Part shown: piece by piece, positions 27,504 through 37,550 of the stretch
How the letters are laid out: every line of letters starts with the position of its first letter
How positions within the stretch are numbered: position 1 is the first letter of the stretch
NCBI GenBank assembly: GCA_951406725.2
Contig: OX597838.1
Location: forward strand, 28,148,001 to 28,212,000
Direction of reading: 5' to 3'
DNA: 64,000 nucleotides
DNA from: Octopus vulgaris
Taxonomy: Eukaryota
Translations under genes and position numbers: made by a program
Notes under the pieces: model-generated
Databases searched by the model: none
What the model saw: only the letters and a program-made list of their open reading frames with translations
What the model was told of the DNA's origin: nothing

Positions 27504-30500
27504 TTGTCCCCCTAGCATTGCTTGACAACCGATGCTGGTGTGTTTACGTCCCCGTCACTTAGCGGTTCGGCAAAAGAGACCTGATAGAATAAGTATTGGG
27601 CTTACAAAGACTAAGTCCCGGGGTCGATTTGCTCCAGTATGGCCGCAGTCAAATGACTGAAACAAGTAAAAGAGTATGTCTAAATTAAAATCTTCCATTG
27701 TGACATAAGCATATTTTCTTAGATTATGTTCCAAACGCTAAAATCCTTCCAAATTCTTATTTTCATAATGAATTGAAGCACATGGACAAATAGGGTTACA
27801 AAAAGGGTTGAATTGTTGATTTATGCCATCAGAACTAACTGGTCAGCTCAGTTGAACTACATAACAAACCACGTATCTGACACACTGGATAACATAATCC
27901 TAGATAGACTATACCTTATTCCGCTGTCTTCAAAATCATTTGGACGGAAAAAATATGAATTCTGTAGATGGGGTCAGAAGAGTACTGGAGGAGTATTGTT
28001 CATTATGGACAAGTGAATTTTGGGAGAGGGGCCTTGCAAGTCTACCAGATAGATGGAAGAGCATTGTAGAAAATGAAGGAGAGTGTATTTTAGATTAAAA
28101 AAGAACTTTGTTCATCTTAATTTTGAAAAATAAAAGAAGCATAAAAGAACTATTATTTATGGGATGACCCAATACACACACACACCTTTCAGTTTCTGTC
28201 TACCAAATTCACTCCCAAGACTTTTGTGGGCTTGAGGCTATAGCAGAGGACACTTACCCAAGATGCCACACTCTAGGATTGAATCCAGAACCATGTTGTT
28301 GGGAAGCAAAGTTCTCAGTACACAACCATGCCCACAGAAGAAGCCTATTGTATGTGTATATGTATGTACATACATGTGAGTGAGCTTGTATTTCCCCTTG
28401 TCTTGTCACAGGTGCACTGATTGTCTGTTCATACTGATAGCGCTGTTTGCATGCAGTCCACTGCAAAAGCATGTCTGGTTTCTCGTGGCCGATGTCAGTT
28501 GCATATCTGGCACCCATGCTGGTGGCACATAAAAAAACAACCTTCAAACATTGGGTTTCATGGAGGCAGTGACAAATGACCAAGATCTTTGGCAATATAC
28601 TGTGTTTGATAGGCGGCAAGGTGGCAGAAACGTTAGCACGCCAGGTGAAATGCTTAGCAGTATTTTGTTTGCCGTTACGTTCTGAGTTCAAATTCCATTG
28701 AGGTCGACTTTGCCTTTCATCTTTTCGGGGTCAATAAATTAAGTACCAGTTATGCGCTGGGGTCAATATAATCGACTTAATCCACTTGTCTGTTCTTGTT
28801 TGTCCTCTCTGTGTTTAGCCCCTTGTGGGAAGTAAAAAAATAGGCATTTCGTCTGTCTTTATGTTCTGAGTTCAAATTCCACTGAGGTTGACTTTGCCTT
28901 TCAGGGTTGATAAATTAAGTACCAGTTGCATACTGGGGTTGATCTAATTGACTGGCCCCCTCCTCAAAAATTTCTGGCCTTGTGCCTAGAGTAGAAAAGA
29001 ATATATTGTGTTTGAGAAGACCTGTCAAGTCAAGTGAGATCATAGCCATGGCTAATGCCAGTGTTTCACAACTGGCACCTGTGCTGGTGGCATGTAAAAT
29101 ACACCCATTACACTCTTTGAGTGGTTGGTGTTAGGAAGGGCATCCAACTGTTGAAACCATACCAAATGAGATTGGAACCTGGTGCAGCTCTCCAGCTTAC
29201 CAGATTTCAGTAAAACCATCCAACCCATGCCAGCATGGAAAATGGTCATTAAATGATGAGGATGATAGCTTGACAGGTTTTGCAATTTTCGTAAACAAGA
29301 GACTCGTTCAGACAGTGTTGTTTGTTTCCAGTTCTCCACATAAGCATATCTGGGCAGTTTGATGTTCAATAGACTGGGGAGAACTGGTCAGGGTTGGTGT
29401 TAGGAAGGGAATCGAGCTGTAGAAAACTCTTCCCCTAACATTGTCTCATCTGACCCATGCAAGCATGGAAAAGTAGACGTTAAAACAATGATATTGCTGT
29501 TGATTTATTCTGTTTCAGACAATGTTTTGACAATTTTCTTTTTTCTTCTCCCTTGTTGCAGCTGCTGAATTCTGCAAAAAGATGAAATCTGAAAGAGTGA
29601 AAATGCAAAATGAATCTGAAGTGTTAAAATTAGAAATTGACAGTTTAAATTCAGATATAAGGTAAGGAAGACTCTTTGTTTCATCTTTCATTTGTTTCAG
29701 TCCCTGGACTGCAACTGTCCTAGGGGCAGCACCTTGAAGAATTTTTAGTCCAACTGATCAACTCCAGTACTTGTATTTTTAAGTCCAGTATGCATTTTAC
29801 CAATCTCTGTTGCCAAACTGCTAAGTTATGGGAATGTAAACAAGTCAGCACCAGTAGTGAAGTGAGATGAGGGGGGAAGGGGGCATACATGCATATATAG
29901 GCATTTAAAGAGTAAAGAAACCCCTTTGGTCATGAATGACCCTGGGATTGCACCTAGAAAGTTACCTCTAAGGCACAAGTCTGGGCGAGGTTGTTTATGG
30001 AAGACCAGCAGTTGCCCATGCATACCAGTCTCCCCTCTCCACGCCACCAGTGTTATCCAAGGGAAAGGCAAAGGGGCCGATACAGCTTGGCACCAGTGGA
30101 TGTCACAACTCATTTCTATAGCTGAGTGAAGTGGAGCAATGTGAAATAAAGTGTCTTGCTCAAGAATACAACACACAGCCTGGTCCGGGAATTGAACTCA
30201 CTACTTCATGACTGAGCTAAACCTAGGTGAATATGTTAGATGATTCTTGATATCCTAAAATGGTGCTACTACACTCTGTAAAGTGATTGCTGAATGGGCA
30301 GTGATTATGAGTGACCGAGGATGTCCTTTAGTCTTGTTTTGGACATGGCAACCTCTTTAGTGCTGATGCCACAGCATAAGAACCTAATGTCAGGTTGTGA
30401 AGGCCCTTTATTCCTCTAATATAATAAATGCGAAATTTCTCTGTGAAAGTGTGTCACACTTTGACCGCTTCTCTCACCATTCATTGACACTCCTACTATT

Positions 30501-32652
30501 GCTCATGTTGGGGTGAGAGTAATAGTAGGCATAGAGACGGTAGTAGATTGGCGGTTGTGATAGTAATAGTATGAGCTGTTGTTGTGATTGAGGCGGAGGC
30601 GACGGTGATGATGATGGTGGGTGGTGGTGGTAGCTGAAGCAGTCAGGGACAACGGTGATAGTGAGCAATGTGAAAGACAGTGGAGATGGTGGTGGAGGGG
30701 AAGGTGGTGAAGTCAAAGGTATTGATGGCGAGCTGGCAGAAATGTTAGTGCACCGGACGAAATGCTTAGTGGTATTTCGTCTGCCGTTGCGTTGTGAGTT
30801 CAAATTCCGCCAAGGTCGACTTTACCTTTCATCCTTTCAGGGTCGATAAATTAAGTACCAGTCGATGTAATCGACTTAATACCTATGTCTGTCTTTGTTT
30901 TGTCCCCTCTATGTTTAGCCCCTTGTGGGTAATAAAGAAATAGGTATTGATGGTGGTGGCGTGAAAAGTCTGAGTGGTGTGTGTATGGCACTTGTGGTGG
31001 CAATGGTGGTGGTACTGGTGATGGTGATGGTTGAAAACAATCAACAGAAAGAGAGAGAGAGAAAGAAAGAGGTTAGACAAGAAAAACAAAATTGTGCTGA
31101 CCCCTGAATGGGAAGACAAAATGTGTTGTTTATCATGCAGGTTTGCAACAAGTTCCAAGTCGACGAATTATATCATTGTTTTGATGAAGATTGTTCATAG
31201 CTTGAAAAACATTGGTTAAGTTTAATAAAATTTGATATGTGCTTAATGCATTAAGTGTCATTGTTGGGCCCAAAGCCCAATGAAGAGCCCTCCACATGAG
31301 CTAGATTAACCCTTTAGCATTTAAACCGGCCATATCCGGCCAAAAGTATTCTGCCTGTTTTATGGTCAAACTGGCCAGATCTGGTCTCTCACACCAACCC
31401 TACAATATCGTTTTAAAAATTAACAGCTACCTCATCAAAATCTCATAGCTACAAGATGATGCAAGATTAGTTCAAAACAATGTGGATAAAAAAGCATTAA
31501 TTTTGGCAGAATAATGCGAACACTAAAGGGTTAAAAGCCACCCTATCAGGCGGCTTTTAAGCTAGTGTTGAATATATATGGTGGTTTCACTTGTGCTGGT
31601 GCTACATTAAAAGTACACCCAATACGCACAGTAAACTGGTTGGTGTTAGGAAGGGCATCCAATCTTAGATGGAAGCAAAAGACGGATACATAAGCTAAGG
31701 CTGTACTGACTAAAATGACATTATAAAGAAGAACCGATTCTTCTCAGGCCATGATGACAGCCTGTCCAATCCATGCCAGACCGAATGGTGATGAGATGCA
31801 CTTGGTATCAGCATGCATCTGCACACATGCACATGTGCTCCCATTTCTGTCGTTCAGGCAAAGTTAACCCAGTTTTAGCCTCCTACCATCTCCAATGCTG
31901 CTTACCTCTCTCTTTCTCTCTCTCTCCCCTCTCCTTCCTCTCTCTTCGCTACCCACTTTCCTTTACATACTCCAACTTCTTTCCGTTTGTGGCCACCACA
32001 CCCTATAATTTATTCTTCTTCCCTTTCTATTTCAGTTATTGTCAGTCACAGCTACCAGCTACTGGGGCTCCAGTAACAAGGGCTGACCAGATCAATGAAA
32101 TGTATGATGAATATGTCCGATTACGAACCAATCAGAATTGGAAGTTTTGGATTGTATCCTTTTCATCTCGGTTAACTTTCTTCATATTTAAAATTTCTTT
32201 CTCTGCTCTCCTTCCTTTGTACCCCTTCCTTTGTACTCCTTCCTTTGTACTCCTTTCCTTTGTACTCCTTTCCTTTGTATTCCTTTCCTTTGTACTCCTT
32301 TCCTTTGTACTCCTTTCCTTTGTACTCCTTTCCTTTGTATTCCTTCCTTTGTATTCTTTTCCTTTGTTCTCCTTTCCTTTGTATGTTTAATTTATTTGAA
32401 TATATATTTTTTCTTAAGAAGAAATTTGGTCCATGTTGTGTGTGATGAGTGAATTTCACCACACACAACATGGACCAAATTTCTTCTTCTTAAGAAAAAA
32501 TATATATTCAAATAAATTAAACATAATATCATGAATAGCGATAGCGAAACCGGTTGATATATTAAAACCATGTAAGTGTGCATATTTTCCTTTTTTAATT
32601 TCTTATATACATTACAACCCACCATGTGGAGACAATCGAAATTCCTCTTTTC

Positions 32653-32712
<60 letters not shown>

Positions 32713-34536
32713 CTCTACCATCCAAGTTCCTTAACTCCCTCTAAACAGTTCAGTATCATCACTCGGCCACTGTTCAACACATACAACAACATTGTATCGA
32801 CAGCCAGTATGGACGAGATGTGTCGTACAGTAATGAGCTGGTTTGACCAATACTGTTCCCTTGCTGCTCTCAGACCAAGTGAGTACTTACTTACATTCCT
32901 TATATTATTCTTATCCACTTGCAGGACCCTTTCACCATCTTCTTTTTCTTGTCTTTACAATATCTTTGGCATTACCTTTTCAACATTTTTTATATATGTA
33001 CGAGTGTGTATTTATGTATATATATATATATACTAGCAGTATTGCCCGGCGTTGCTCGGGTTTGTAAGGGAAATAACTATATAAGCATTTTTAGAGAGTT
33101 ACTTCCCTTATATAAACCGAGCAAAAAATGCATTAAAAATGTGGAAAAATGATGGTAAATTTTTTTTTAAATCGTAGACTCATTGTAGACGCGCGCTAAT
33201 ACCCAGAAGGGCTCGATATGAATCACGACTATAAGATACCCGCTTTTGGTTAAACTGCACCGCAAAATGTGGGAGTAGTTAGGAATCTAAATCGGAGTAG
33301 ACAGACACACACACAACTTCAGTTTTATATATAAAGATTTACATGTTTCAGTTATGAGACTGGCCATGATGGGGCACCACCTTGAGAAATTTTAGTCAAA
33401 CTGTACAGACACACACACACACACACACATTATTCTTTAACAAGAATGATATTGACAGCGACTCCAAAGTGTCAATTTGTTAAGCCATCCATCAATCAAT
33501 GATGGCTTAATGGGCTGACAATCCAGAGTCACTGAAAATACTATTCTTGTTTAAGAATAATAAATTTGTACTTTACTGAATGTACTGACTAATCCTTCAT
33601 GTTAAAGTGAAATTACATTTGTCATAGTACTAGCAGTATAGCCTGGCGTTGCTCGGGTTTGTTTTTTAGTTGCACTTAAAACGGCAGACTTTGATGTTGC
33701 ATTAACAAAGTTTTGACATAGTTTCAATCTTTTTTGAAAAGTAAAAATTTTGCATTATGTAGCTTGTTATTCTCTTTGAGTGAACATTTTTCTGGTTGAA
33801 ATACACCAAAAAAAATGGTGACACAGCAGTCAAAAAACTAAAAAAAATAGGGATTTTTATAGAAAAAAAGCACATTTTTGATGTAAATAATTTTTGGTCT
33901 TAAGGTCTTAACATGGTCCGATTTGAATTTTTTCTTCTACGGAATGAAGAGCAAGCCTTCTATCATACTCTCAATTTTGGTCAATTTGCGCTGCAGGGTC
34001 TCGGAGGAGATAGTGTTAGTTGAAGGCTACCAAACCTGCCACACACAGACACAGACAACTTCAGCTTTATATGTATAGATAAGAACAAACATTGTGTGTG
34101 CATGGAACAAACTGCCGGCATCAGTTGTTAGTTGTCAGAGCACTGCATCCTTCAAAACTTCCATGCTTTCTGACATTCGCCAACACTACACCTGATTTTC
34201 TCCCCTCCATACACACACAAGCATGTATCTGACTCATACATTGTTCGCTTTCCAGACTTTATATGCACTTTCTGACAAGTTGTGGTGCACCTGAGCACTG
34301 TATACAATAATTTCATTATTATTATTATTATTATTTAATGTGTTTTCTGGTGCTTACTCTATAAGGTCTTGTTTGATTGTTCCTCTTTCTGTCTTTCTCT
34401 CTCTCTCTCCGCAGTGGTCTCAAATGCGTTACGTCAAGTGAGCACATCCACAAGTATTCTCAGCGAACCGGAGCGATTGCCGGAACAAGCGGCTGCGGCA
34501 GTTGGTCTGCAGTCCTCAGCGTCTCACGGGCGATGA
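7650..34536 (+). CDS. MLXIP: Mondo/ChREBP (MLXIP/MLXIPL-family) bHLH-ZIP transcription factor, 15 coding exons, 5' part outside the window
   Basis: Spliced exons total 2844 nt (947 aa plus stop) with consistent phases. They carry the Mondo conserved regions (EGKYWKRR..EYKSWR; FPNPRE..DLIQP.LMQLQPNL.DFMDT.EP), LxQLLT, the bHLH (HISAEQKRRCNIKSGFD..SKATLLQK), a zipper and the DCD/WMC C-terminus (NWKFWIFS..WFDQYCSL..LRP..STSTSIL). Probably a co-ortholog of MLXIP and MLXIPL. Confidence 0.95.
9192..9413. mobile_element. piggyBac-type MITE
   Basis: TTAA|CCCTTT..AAAGGG|TTAA. Confidence 0.75.
9532..9682 (+). CDS. MLXIP: Mondo exon GSSQNSLYEW..FSDALFSLSQPFPFPNPREL
   Basis: tttcag acceptor, gtaagt donor, 151 nt, phase 0/1. 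Confidence 0.93.
10928..11020 (+). CDS. MLXIP: Mondo exon (MCR V) MQTGYVDLIQPVLMQLQPNLEDFMDTMEPMQ
   Basis: ttttcag acceptor, gtaagt donor, phase 1/1, conserved QP.L..LQPNL.DFMD motif. Confidence 0.95.
11041..11241. repeat. (CCT/CTT)n polypyrimidine tract
   Basis: Starts 20 nt after the 11020 donor. Confidence 0.9.
12001..12400 (+). mobile_element. SINE family A
   Basis: Full-length copy. Confidence 0.88.
12661..12719 (+). CDS. MLXIP: Mondo small exon LFSDIFKSQNMPTSTVTSYQ
   Basis: tttcag acceptor, cag|gtaaat donor; 59 nt bridges phase 1 to phase 0 exactly. Confidence 0.8.
12763..13070. mobile_element. piggyBac-type MITE
   Basis: TTAA|CCCCTTACCC..GGGTAAGGGG|TTAA. Confidence 0.78.
13322..13768 (+). 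mobile_element. RTE LINE ORF C-terminal fragment
   Basis: MLRWMCNVS..RRLRWYGHVARM..RGRPRKTW. Confidence 0.88.
14054..15238 (+). CDS. MLXIP: Mondo large Pro/Ser/Gln-rich exon (395 codons)
   Basis: Inside ORF 13970..15322; ttttacag acceptor, ..GFAVPS|gtaagt donor, phase 0/0. Confidence 0.9.
16201..16617 (-). mobile_element. SINE family A
   Basis: Full-length copy. Confidence 0.88.
16727..16859 (+). CDS. MLXIP: Mondo exon ending in FLAQLLTT (LxQLLT motif)
   Basis: ctttag acceptor, G|gtaaag donor, phase 0/1. Confidence 0.88.
17553..17968 (-). mobile_element. SINE family B with partial tandem duplication
   Basis: TSD TAGTGTCATACC at 17541 and 17970. Confidence 0.85.
17991..18370 (+). mobile_element. 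tRNA-derived SINE family D
   Basis: A box TGGCCCAGTGG, B box GTTTCGATTCC, TSD TACCATGGAGAT; related 3' parts at 9752-10062 and 10430-10617. Confidence 0.82.
18529..18737 (+). CDS. MLXIP: Mondo exon GTYPTPSIDVKQEPH..NTLTN
   Basis: ttcag acceptor, gtaagt donor, phase 1/0. Confidence 0.87.
19872..19913 (+). ncRNA. Decayed type I hammerhead motif
   Basis: ATTAC-CTGAAGA-(degenerate stem II)-GAAA-CTAATAG-TT-GTAAT, with AATAAA just downstream. Confidence 0.5.
20070..20137 (-). ncRNA. Decayed type I hammerhead motif
   Basis: Minus strand CTGATGA-GACC-CCAATAA-GGTC-C-GAAA-ATTGATT-A; distal stem I AAAATGAT/ATCATTTT. Confidence 0.55.
20292..20409 (+). CDS. MLXIP: Mondo exon VPSGNKATSS..TTTKQ
   Basis: cctcag acceptor, G|gtcagt donor, phase 0/1. 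Confidence 0.8.
20533..20860 (+). mobile_element. tRNA-derived SINE family E
   Basis: TGGCTCAGTGGTTAGAGC..GAGTTCGATTC head; reverse copy at about 29912-30215. Confidence 0.82.
20957..21084 (+). mobile_element. Internally deleted copy of the same tRNA/hammerhead element
   Basis: Same head palindrome (taaccactacaccatatgcc/ggcatatggcgtagtagtta), TGATGAAGGCTGG..TATATCAGCTGAA and tail GATGAGGACAAATATCC.TCAAATGTAAATAATGTAC. Confidence 0.75.
21209..21306 (+). CDS. MLXIP: Mondo exon GNQGLQSEISPKADSP..VSSF
   Basis: ttacag acceptor, gtaagt donor, phase 1/0. Confidence 0.82.
21935..22048 (+). CDS. MLXIP: Mondo bHLH basic region ..HRRVSHISAEQKRRCNIK
   Basis: Pyrimidine tract plus aag acceptor, AAG|gtacga donor, phase 0/0, canonical H-E-R E-box contacts. 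Confidence 0.93.
22673..23580 (-). mobile_element. Tc1-like transposon relic, DD36E spacing
   Basis: TA plus TIR CAGGGGTTGGACAAAATAATGGAAAC; KHGGGSVMIWG, FQDDNAPIH and WPPQSPDL..IEHLW motifs; frameshifts and stops. Confidence 0.92.
24991..25078 (+). CDS. MLXIP: Mondo HLH exon SGFDVLHSLIPSLKQTPTGKVSKATLLQK
   Basis: caacag acceptor, G|gtaagg donor, phase 0/1. Confidence 0.95.
25243..25461 (+). mobile_element. hAT (Charlie/Buster-like) MITE
   Basis: CAGTG..CACTG termini, 8-bp TSD GTCTATGA. Confidence 0.9.
26366..26790 (+). mobile_element. CR1-like LINE 3' end sharing its tail with SINE family A
   Basis: KLDLFLSGVPDEPT..RAAASNSL C-terminal motif; tail GGCGGTGCCCCAGCATGGCCACAGC..CTGAAAC plus A-rich end. 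Confidence 0.65.
27299..27675 (+). mobile_element. SINE family A
   Basis: Near full-length copy. Confidence 0.87.
29562..29661 (+). CDS. MLXIP: Mondo helix2/zipper exon AAEFCKKMKSERVKMQNESEVLKLEIDSLNSDI
   Basis: ttgcag acceptor, AG|gtaagg donor, phase 1/2. Confidence 0.93.
31310..31530. mobile_element. piggyBac-type MITE
   Basis: TTAA TSD, CCCTTTAG TIR. Confidence 0.8.
32036..32153 (+). CDS. MLXIP: Mondo DCD exon SYCQSQLPATGAPVT..NWKFWI
   Basis: tttcag acceptor, phase 2/0, followed by U12 donor GTATCCTTT. Confidence 0.95.
32154..32748 (+). other. U12-type (minor spliceosome) GT-AG intron
   Basis: 5' splice site GTATCCTTT; branch point TTCCTTAAC at 32727-32735; CAG acceptor 13 nt downstream with no long pyrimidine tract; joins conserved KFWI|FSII in frame. 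Confidence 0.92.
32214..32383. repeat. 15-bp minisatellite (CTTTGTACTCCTTTC)n inside the U12 intron
   Basis: Directly visible tandem units. Confidence 0.9.
32749..32878 (+). CDS. MLXIP: Mondo exon FSIITRPLFNTYNNIVSTAS..WFDQYCSLAALRP
   Basis: Conserved DCD sequence, A|gtgagt donor, phase 0/1. Confidence 0.95.
33033..33337 (-). mobile_element. Non-autonomous Helitron
   Basis: On minus: A|TC start, subterminal hairpin CCCGAGCAACGCCGGG, CTAG|T end. Confidence 0.85.
33630..34079 (-). mobile_element. Non-autonomous Helitron with the same ends and a different interior
   Basis: A|TC..hairpin..CTAG|T on minus. Confidence 0.82.
34415..34536 (+). CDS. MLXIP: Mondo last coding exon MVSNALRQVSTSTSILSEPERLPEQAAAAVGLQSSASHGR*
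   Basis: (CT)n..gcag acceptor; matches the ChREBP-type C-terminus; TGA at 34534-34536. Confidence 0.93.
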
Positions 34537-36015
34537 GGGAGCCAGGTGAACCCGACCTTTGTTATAATAAAGGAACAACGCCACAGTAAAACTCAGAGTA
34601 CTCGACGACATAACGACCACTGCAGCAGCAACAACAACAACGAGTACAGCCACCATCATCACTACTATCATTTGTTACTACTACCACCACCACCACAACC
34701 ACTACTACTACTACTACTACTACATTCATTCACTACAGATACATGCGATATGTGCTGTTGCACCACTGTTGTTGCAGCTGCATTTGTGGGGGAGTCTCCC
34801 TTGTCACCGCCACCACCACCACCACCACCAACATTGCCATCACTACTACTACTGCTGCTGCTACGACTACAAAAAAAAAAATAATAATAAACCCTACTAA
34901 TACTACTACTACAACTGCAATAATTACTACTAAACTGCTGCTGCTGCTGCTGTTTTTCCATGCTGCTGTTCTGAGGATGAACCAAAATGATGAGGAGGGG
35001 GGGGGCTTTTTTTTTAATTGTTTTTTGTTGCTTTTTTTTTTTTTTTTTTTCTCTTTTCCACTTTGTGTTGAAGATTGGTCAGGTAAGTGGACAGTGGAGA
35101 AATGGACTGGAAGAGACCCACCAGGTCTGCATTCTTTGTTGTCTTCGTCATAAATATTTGTGGATATTAATTAATTACCCATTTTTTGTCCATTTTTTTT
35201 TTGTTTTGTTTTTTTTAATTTATTTTTTTTCAAACAAAAAATTTTTAATTATCAATTAACTCTGTGTGACTTTGTATAGGGCTGTCTCGAGTGTGGATCT
35301 AATGCGAACTGAAGTGAAAATGAAACCTTAAGTGTGACACTGTTGTTGACAAAGCCAATCCTTCACGGGTGCCACCTAAATATAACTGATCGTCTCCCTC
35401 CTTGCCCTCCACTCCTCCTCCTCGTGCCACCCTGCTCCCCACTCACTCCAAGCCTGGCAAGCAAACACGCGTCCCCCATCACATCACATCGTATCACATT
35501 GCGATCTCGTGTCGCATCGCATCGCATTGCATCGCAGCACAACGCATCAGACCAGACTGCATCGCAAGAGACGCTCTGCATCTCTTGCTCGATTCTGTTA
35601 GAAATAGCAGCCAAGTCTCCCTCAAATCACACCTTGTTGTCTTGTAATGTTTAGCTAGACGCGTTCCTGCGTGCAGAGTTGTTACAGAGCGGGAACGTCT
35701 TTGATGACGTAGCTCTGCCAGGTCAAGGTTGACCCAGGGTTCAATAATAACAGCAACAACAACAACAATAATCGCACACATCATTATGAAAACTGTACCT
35801 CAGAGAATGATTTAATCCAAAACAATTTTTCTTACTCCTGCCCCACTCCTGCCTGCATTCATCCATCCCTACTGTCTCTCACCCATTCATACCCTATTTT
35901 TCAAAACAATAAATTCTTCATTTTATGAGATATATATGCATGCACACACACATACACATTATATATTCATACATATACATGCATATATATACATATATAT
36001 ATACACATATATATG

Positions 36016-36080
<65 letters not shown>

Positions 36081-36087
<7 letters not shown>

Positions 36088-36471
36088 ACAAGATAAGTGC
36101 AGAAGAAAAATTCTAATGCCAAATATGCCGAATTTTCGCTTACCATTCCCTGCGCGTCATGCTCCATAGCCTGTCCGCTAAGTCCTCTGCGCTTCTCCTC
36201 TCTCCATAGTTGGGGGGAGCACTTAGTCTGTAGACATGGCATTAAGCCTGTATACAGTTGCAGTAAATGTGATAGGGAAAGCGGGCGCCTCCATTCAATG
36301 AGGTGTCACGCGGGTCGGTGTGATGGTGGTGCATTTAGAGCGCCTGCCCCTAGTCCGGCTCTAGTCTCCTTCGATTGTGACCACTGCGAAAATTTTAATG
36401 GTTATCGACAATTTTTTGTTTCGGCATATTTAGCATTAGAATTTTTCTTCTGCCCTTATCTTGTAAATTAT
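36081..36471. mobile_element. Inverted-repeat-bounded insertion carrying an R2-like zinc-finger coding fragment
   Basis: 52-bp arms with 2 mismatches plus inner AATTTTCGC/GCGAAAATT; GC/CpG-rich core 36140-36385 encodes C2H2-like, CCHC and truncated CxxC fingers. Confidence 0.72.
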
Positions 36472-36555
36472 TTATAAATCTAACCTTTAAAGGTATTTTT
36501 TGATATTGCTGGCCATTGATAAAATTTTTTTTCCCGAAAAAAGTTTTATCCCACA

Positions 36556-36592
<37 letters not shown>

Positions 36593-36844
36593 CAAACCTA
36601 TTGAAGTAATACGCGTCCTGGTTCGTTTGCAATTTCGAGAGAATGTAGGGATTTAATAGAGGTGAGTAGGGGGACAATAATTAAATATTTCTTTACTTTT
36701 GCCCCCGTCCCACTGTTTTGTCAAGTTCTGTCGGGTGGGTGGGGAGAAGCAAGTTTGGCCATATTTTTGTATAGAATGTTGTTGTTCCTGCTGCATACTA
36801 ACAGGCAGATATGTATATATATATATATGTGTGTGTGTATGGGT

Positions 36845-36884
<40 letters not shown>

Positions 36885-37043
36885 CAAATAAGCCTTAAGA
36901 AAACCTCTGTTAGAGATGAAAGCAGTATTTATACTAAGAAGTATTATTTATCGCCATCTAAACATGGATGTTCTATAAGAACAGATGATACTGCTATTTT
37001 AATTCCGGGAGGATACCTCCTCCAGCTGGTTATTCATTGCATT

Positions 37044-37143
<100 letters not shown>

Positions 37144-37254
37144 AAAAATCTCCTTTTATCAATTCATCATCATCATCATCGTTTAGCGATGATGTTAATG
37201 AAATAATGAATTTTCATTATTGAATTGATGAAAGGTGGCTTTTTTTATAATTTA

Positions 37255-37301
<47 letters not shown>

Positions 37302-37550
37302 CAAATGAGATCAAAAACAGAGCACAAAGGATGTCACGGTAATATATATATATATTATATTTTGTGAAATTTGATTTAGTATTTATAAATTGAATTTTTC
37401 CCTGTAAGTTTGGAATAATATTCCCTCATATTATTATTATTATTATACATATATATATATATATATATATATTTAAGTAGTTGAATGAATTATCTTAGTA
37501 TGGATAATTCGGTTAACTGATACCTGGGTAGTTTTTGTTCATCTTGATGC

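Noticed and set aside
34537-34884. In-frame ORF after the Mondo TGA (readthrough or edited stop)
   Set aside because: Kept open mostly by triplet microsatellites; TGA-G is not a strong readthrough context and a 5' G is disfavoured by ADAR.
36395-36471. Hammerhead in the right arm of the R2-cargo element (minus GGCA..TGCC-GAAAC..GTC)
   Set aside because: No CUGANGA core (CAAGATAA in both arms) and poor stem I; only suggestive.
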